Source: Flectonema sp. DT1601 (Eukaryota). From it: 64,000 bases of DNA. Under the pieces are notes generated by a model that did not search any database, was not told the DNA's origin, and was given only the letters and a program-made list of their open reading frames with translations. A program made the translations under genes and the position numbers. Position 1 is the stretch's first letter, and every line of letters starts with the position of its first letter. Location: positions 372,001 to 436,000 of the forward strand of contig OZ025801.1 of assembly GCA_964019425.1 (NCBI GenBank), in the 5' to 3' direction. Shown here in pieces: positions 58,601 to 64,000 of the stretch.

Positions 58601-61600
58601 TCCATATTCTTCTCTCTGAAACCTTCAACTTCATAAGCAACATCAGCAGCGTAGTGTTTTATAATGAATGAAGTTTGGGAAATTCTTTTTTTCATAAAGA
58701 ATGCATGTGTTCCTTTACTGGCTTCTAATTTTTGAATAAACGCGAGATCAGTTCCTTTTCCGAGAGCACACTCTTCGTCTAGTAGAGCGAAGACACCCAT
58801 CTTTCCTGTTACTAGGTCAAGACATGGTTCGTTGTTTGGTCCTTCAACTTTTGTAACATCAATCCCCTCTTCTTCGCATTCTCGTAAGTCTTTTTCGAAG
58901 ATAAATTTGTTGTAGTGGTTTTGAAGTGTCTCGTTGGCGAGATTAATGCAAATCTGTTATTTATTTATTTATTTACCGTAATTATAAATATCATGGTGTA
59001 TAAAAAGTCTCCAAATCAGCAAAAAATGGCCAAATCCACCATCTTTATTATATCCAAAGTTTTTTTAGTACAATCATTCACAGAAAACACTTAGCAAAAT
59101 TCGGATTCCAGAAAAAAAAAAATTTTTTTTTTTGACCTTTTTCTTTTGACTTTGGTACTAAATTATCGACATTTTGAACTGGATAAAGTTCTACAGGCTG
59201 GTCTTGTGTACCAACCTGGTGGGGGATTGATAACTAATGTTGAAGTTGCTTCCAGATACATATCAGGATAACATATCTACAAATAACGTTGTTGGTAGCT
59301 GGTTGCACACCAGTCTTAATGATGTCAAAATTCCTAAAAGCAGCAAGTAGTAGTCTAGACGAGGCCAACTACAACTAAGGAGTTCCCTTCTCCAATCGTT
59401 GTAATACACCGAGGTATGACGTGCGGTATTAAGAAACATGAACTCATGTTCACAACTACAGACTTCAGGAGCTCGGGTGGATTTGCAGGATTGACAATAC
59501 CTGCTTTTATAAAACCAGCCATGATAGTATTTTTCGTAATACTATCAAGGGCTGTCACTATCCACCCAATTTGCGACTTCGTTTTTGTGAGCTCCTTCAT
59601 CCATTTTGACATGGGCTCGGATTCAGGAGCTCCCCTTGGACCCTTACTTTTCGCAGCGCGCTTTAAAGTTTCTATCAGCTTTTTGCTTTGATTTTTTCAA
59701 CTTTTCCTCCCGCTTGCGCATCTGCTCTGTCATCCACTCACCAAGAAAGCTTGATGCTTCTTTGAAGTTGGCCATGACAGTTAGATCCAGCGGCCGGAGA
59801 TGAGAAGTCCATCCGCCTTGCACCAGTATAACCGTGGTATTGGCTTCTTCAAATCGACGAAGGACTTCTTCAGTTATCTGCCCCCTAAACTGGGCATATA
59901 CTGCGAGGCCAGGGTGATCCAATTGGAGTGTTTTTTAGTTAGTTTAGATTCGATTGGAGCGTTTCTTAATAAAGTATGGGACTATTGCTCCAGAAACCTT
60001 GACCGAGCTGATAGGAGTTCTGCTTCAGGCGCTACTTTCGCAGTGGTTCCAAGACGGTATCCAACCCTTCCGTTCCAGGAACTTGTAGGTCCATGTTGCT
60101 TGTAGGTAACCGGAATCCACGCGTTCCGGCGTATCACCTGTGCTTGAAATCAGAGAAGAGAAGCAAACACAGAGCCACCATAGGCATAGGTCGGATATTC
60201 TCAATTAAATCGAGCACCCGCTTCCTCATCAGTGGTTAAGATGGTTGGTCTCCCAGATTTCACCTGCCCTTCTAGTGGTTCTCCCTTTGTCTTCCTCTTT
60301 TGTTCTTCAACCAAGAGCTTCATTGCCCTGCCTGCACTGTTGATCTCTTCTTATGGTCCGTGTTGAAGTATGCAATCGCCCTTGACACATTGGTGGCAGA
60401 GTTCACCATCTCACCAATGTTAAGCAACTCCCCCTTTGACCACTTCTCATAGCAGCGAGACTTTTGTGCTCCTTTACCCGCTCCTCTTTCTTTATCAAAC
60501 CCAGCTCCACCTTGCTTACCGACGTCTTCAGGGGTTCAAAAGGATCCCGTTTTTTCAAAAAATTCCGCATAGTGTGAAAAATTTCATCCCCAAAAACTAC
60601 TATTTTACAGTCAAAATGTGTACTTTCATACTTTTTTATAAAAATCCACCAAGTTTTTTTTCCGAGAATCCACCATCTTTTTTATATCCAAAGTTGTTAT
60701 ACTCCAAATTTTTTATACACCGTGATATTTATAATTACAGTATTTATTTATTTTTTTTTTCCTCGTTCAATCCTACAAAAAAAAAAAAAAAAAAAAAACA
60801 CATACCTGCTCAAAGGAATTATATTCAAAGTCTTCGAATCCGAAAATGTCCAACAGTCCGATCCAATTACCAACCCTGTCGGCACTGGTATCTGTTGTTT
60901 CATTAATTTTATTAACTAACCAAGTGAAAATACCATCGTATGTAACTTTAAGTAGAGCGTCACGTCCGTCTGATGCCGCAGGCTTGGTTAAGGTTGAAGT
61001 GATATTCTCACCATTAAGGTGTCGAGTAACCGTAAGTAACTCTTTATACATTACAGCTTTATCAACCATGAATGATGATATCGCTAGGTCTAGTTCTTTG
61101 TTTGATGAGGTTGCGACTTGGCTCGCATCGGCGCCAGAGGCTTCAAATGCAACGTTTCCAAAGTGCAACAGACCCGCAACTAATCTCCAAATTGCTGTTT
61201 GATCCCCAGCTGCAATCCCAACAGCATCCATAGCATTTAAACATTCTGCGTAGTCATCACCATCATCAACATCTTCAATGTCAAGACAGCCACCTGAATT
61301 CAGAGACCTGTAAGCGCTGGGTGCGCTTAACCCAAATGAAGAACTGTGTTTACCCTTTGCACATAAATAGAATGCGTGGTATACTCTTTCATTAGGTGAT
61401 GCAGTGATAATCCTGCTTTTTTCAAGAAGATATTTTGTGACTCCGTTACCTACAAGGAATCCTTGTTGATCAAATTTAACTTTTGAAAATTTTCCGAATC
61501 TGGAAGAGTTTGGGTTCCGAACAGTTTTCGCATTTCCGAAGGCTTCTAATATCGGAGAGGCGTTTATGATTTTTACACCTACTTGATGAGCGGCAGCTTT

Positions 61601-62161
61601 TTGTTCATCACCTCCCTTTAGACAGCTGACAGCACTTAAATATTTCATCACAATTTTAGCAGCTTCTGTTTTCCCTGCTCCAGACTCTCCACTTACTAAG
61701 ACGCATTGATTTTGTTGGTTATTTATCATTTCCCAGTAGGTGTCGTTTGCGACAGACCAAGAGTGTGGTAGATTTTTTTTAATCACACTGCCTTCTTCGA
61801 GGTATGAAGGCATTGCGGTTTCCATGTAGTGAGGTATTTTATAATTAAAAGGGTTCAGAGCTACTACAATCGCTCCTATCTTTGTGTACACAACGTCTTT
61901 GTAGTATCGCAGCTTTAAACATCGAAGTAGGGTGGCATCGTGTAAGATAGTTAGTAGAAGAAGGTCGTTTACGTCTTCGTCAAGTAAATCATCTCTTGCG
62001 ACAATACAATCATCATTCAGGATTCCAGTATGATTCTTGCCGTCATCCATGTTCTTGACAGAAATTTTTGAACTCATATCGGTGACGGTACCAACTGCCC
62101 AACTCTCAATAGCATCTTTTCGATTGTTATAAAAACAAAGACTTCCTACTTTTAATGCCAT
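55687..62161 (-). CDS. Myosin heavy chain (motor, 2 IQ motifs, coiled coil) with a C-terminal ADP-ribosyltransferase-like domain, 1,470 aa, exons 62161-60806, 58953-57776, 57712-57087, 57022-56894, 56810-55687
   Basis: GESGAGKTE, LEAFGNAKT.RN.NSSRFGKF, LLDIFGFE and NSFEQ|ICINLANE, PHWIRCIKPN; IQ motifs LQRVGRGWKGR and IQKTIRGVLCR. Four introns (58954-60805, 57713-57775, 57023-57086, 56811-56893) join three ORF-track ORFs in frame. Confidence 0.85.
58976..60740 (-). mobile_element. pogo/Tc2-type (Tc1-mariner superfamily) DNA transposon, 1,765 bp, decayed, inside myosin intron 1
   Basis: About 31-bp TIRs C[C/T]GTAATTATAAATATCA[T/C]GGTGTATAAAAA with 2 mismatches and TA on both flanks (58974-58975, 60741-60742). 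DDE_1-like remnants VILVQGGWTSHLRPLDLTVMANFKEA and ITKNTIMAGFIKAGI are broken by frameshifts. Confidence 0.9.
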
Positions 62162-62310
62162 CCTATATTGTTATTATTTTTTGGATGTATTTTTTTTTTC
62201 AACCTGGGGGAAAAAAAAAGAAATATAACTTCAAAAAATAAAGATTTTCAAACAGGAAAAAAAAAAAAAAAAAAAAAAAAGGGGTTAGGTTGACACAAGA
62301 ACAGATACTG

Positions 62311-64000
62311 TCATCTGTTTGCAATGATAGCGAAATTTCGGGGGGACAAGGCACCATCAAATATGGAATCGAGTCGGACATCACATCCCTTCTCAGAAAG
62401 CATAAGTGCTCTATCGATGACGAACGCGGATTCAATAAGTTGAGACATCCAATTTCGAAGTATTACGAGAGCAAGAAATGATGAGAAATCACTCTCCATG
62501 TACTGCTGTTCAATAGAAGCGGGAGTCTTATCACACGGAGGTTCCGATGGAGCAAATCCATACTTCTCAATAGAACTTATAAACTGTTCGAATGTTAAAT
62601 CGGATTTCATACGAGACATGTCTCTCAAGAATATCGGTGGAAGTGAATCAGATGTCTGAAATCTGTCTTCCTTCGACGAACTGTAACATGACGATAGAGT
62701 CGGCCAATACAACGGAAGCATTGCCCTGAAGAATAATAATCTTTTTGACGACAGAAATTTTGATAAATCATCGTCACTCAAACCCTCCACAACGGGTTGC
62801 GTTGCCAACATCAGAGATAGTTCTGTTACTGTTGATGGAAATTGTCGATTGGAAACATACTTACTGAGTGGAAACCCATTTTTCGTAAGAGAGTGCCAAC
62901 AACAACTGACCAACGTTAAGTTATTCGATTCTGACGCATGCCATAACTTCAGAGTTGTGGATCCTAAGTCTCCACAAGTGTGAAGACCAATCATCATAAC
63001 ATCTCGTAAGTTATCATTAATAGGATACACTGATGGATCGATTGTATTTACTTTATCAACATCAGTAGGTAACGGTAAGCACATACGAGACTTAGTAGCG
63101 TGTCGTAATATTTTATATCTGTCAGTACTGTCATCATAACCTAAAACTGTTACTAATTCAGTTCCCACATCATCGGTTGTTGTGTCGTCATCTGTTGGTT
63201 CCATCGCGGGTGTATCATCATCAGTCTCTTTTTTTTTTTTTTTAGATTTTTTGTGTTCGTTACAGATTGATTTTGGAAGTACTAATCGACAGCCTCGTTT
63301 GAATTGTTGTCCAGATATCCTAATCTCACTTCCCATGGGTTCATATTCACAAAAATATGATTTAATCCAATTCCACATTTCAGCTTCATTCAGAGACTCT
63401 GGAACTGTATTCCCAGGATGTGAATATGAAAGGTGTCCAAGAAGCATTGGAAGGTGTCCTTTAATGATTTTGTTACAAGTTGCGCATTTCATTTTTGACG
63501 ATATTTGTGGTACTTCAGCTTCTACAACAGAATTAGATTTGGGTAACTTTGACAGCAGATCACTCCAATTGAGATTTGGATCAACGTGACAGGTTAGAGA
63601 AAACATTGCTCCTCGGGGTTCATATAAAAAGGAATCACCATCATCGAATATTCTGCTGCATAAGATTCTATCAATCCGTTCGAATGAGCTGTCTCTGTGA
63701 TGGGGATTGCAATCAAGACCGATGACTTGTAAACCTTTGCATAGCGCTAGTGCTCTGCTTAGGTATCCTTTTCCTTCTCCGATGTTTATTATCGTTTTTA
63801 TATCATCGTTGTTCATGAGGGAATCTTTTATGTTTTTGTACATCATCGTCACTTCGTGTTTCTTTTTATCAGACATACCGCTGTCTATTATTCTTGTTAG
63901 GAATTTTTGTTGTTGGTGGCTGTCAGTTGTAGTCTCACTAACTTGATTGTTTTTCTGATCACGACTAAGTCTCAACGAATTACAATTCATTGCAAACTCA
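62311..64000 (-). CDS. METTL25/RRNAD1-like (Methyltransf_32) SAM-dependent methyltransferase, probably 5'-partial
   Basis: MS.KK.HEV, IINIGEGKGYLSRAL, IGLHTCGDLG, LVSCCWH, IDRAL.L.E and FDGALSPRN. The frame is open to the window edge. Confidence 0.85.
   Translation of the reverse strand, partial: EFAMNCNSLRLSRDQKNNQVSETTTDSHQQQKFLTRIIDSGMSDKKKHEVTMMYKNIKDSLMNNDDIKTIINIGEGKGYLSRALALCKGLQVIGLDCNPHHRDSSFERIDRILCSRIFDDGDSFLYEPRGAMFSLTCHVDPNLNWSDLLSKLPKSNSVVEAEVPQISSKMKCATCNKIIKGHLPMLLGHLSYSHPGNTVPESLNEAEMWNWIKSYFCEYEPMGSEIRISGQQFKRGCRLVLPKSICNEHKKSKKKKKETDDDTPAMEPTDDDTTTDDVGTELVTVLGYDDSTDRYKILRHATKSRMCLPLPTDVDKVNTIDPSVYPINDNLRDVMMIGLHTCGDLGSTTLKLWHASESNNLTLVSCCWHSLTKNGFPLSKYVSNRQFPSTVTELSLMLATQPVVEGLSDDDLSKFLSSKRLLFFRAMLPLYWPTLSSCYSSSKEDRFQTSDSLPPIFLRDMSRMKSDLTFEQFISSIEKYGFAPSEPPCDKTPASIEQQYMESDFSSFLALVILRNWMSQLIESAFVIDRALMLSEKGCDVRLDSIFDGALSPRNFAIIANR

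Noticed and set aside
1..64000. tRNA, rRNA or CRISPR arrays
   Set aside because: No cloverleaf, rRNA-like segment or repeat-spacer array recognised by eye; a tRNAscan-SE or Infernal run would be needed to exclude small RNAs.

Overview
This is a eukaryotic, AT-rich window, most likely from a euglenozoan and probably a diplonemid. That assignment is inferred from a kinetoplastid-like RPS7, a fully unidirectional gene cluster, putative trans-splice acceptors and frequent cis introns. All 19 protein genes I can support lie on the minus strand. Joining ORFs across 22 manually traced GT-AG introns, with reading frames checked at each junction, turns many ORF-track fragments into single genes. These include a 3,715-aa polycystin-2/TRPP-type channel with ankyrin repeats and about 7 degenerate NADAR-like repeats, a 1,470-aa myosin whose tail ends in an ADP-ribosyltransferase-like domain, and a 4,402-aa nine-exon surface protein. 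The other genes are a receptor-type nucleotide cyclase-like protein, NCA2/DGS1, four tandem RPS7 copies, an ER thioredoxin-fold protein, a cold-shock protein whose first exon the ORF track misses, a Vms1/ANKZF1-like protein, a CoA synthase-HD fusion, an HSL-family esterase, a low-complexity coiled-coil protein, an RlmI-like methyltransferase, a theta-class GST, a SAP-RING E3 and a METTL25-like protein. Non-genic elements are a pogo/Tc2-type transposon inside a myosin intron, a piggyBac-type MITE and a decayed BspA-type LRR pseudogene. All 22 cis introns end in an A/C-rich tract plus ACAG with no polypyrimidine tract, whereas gene starts are preceded by classical pyrimidine-tract AG sites. Domain calls come from motif recognition by eye and have not been checked by any search.
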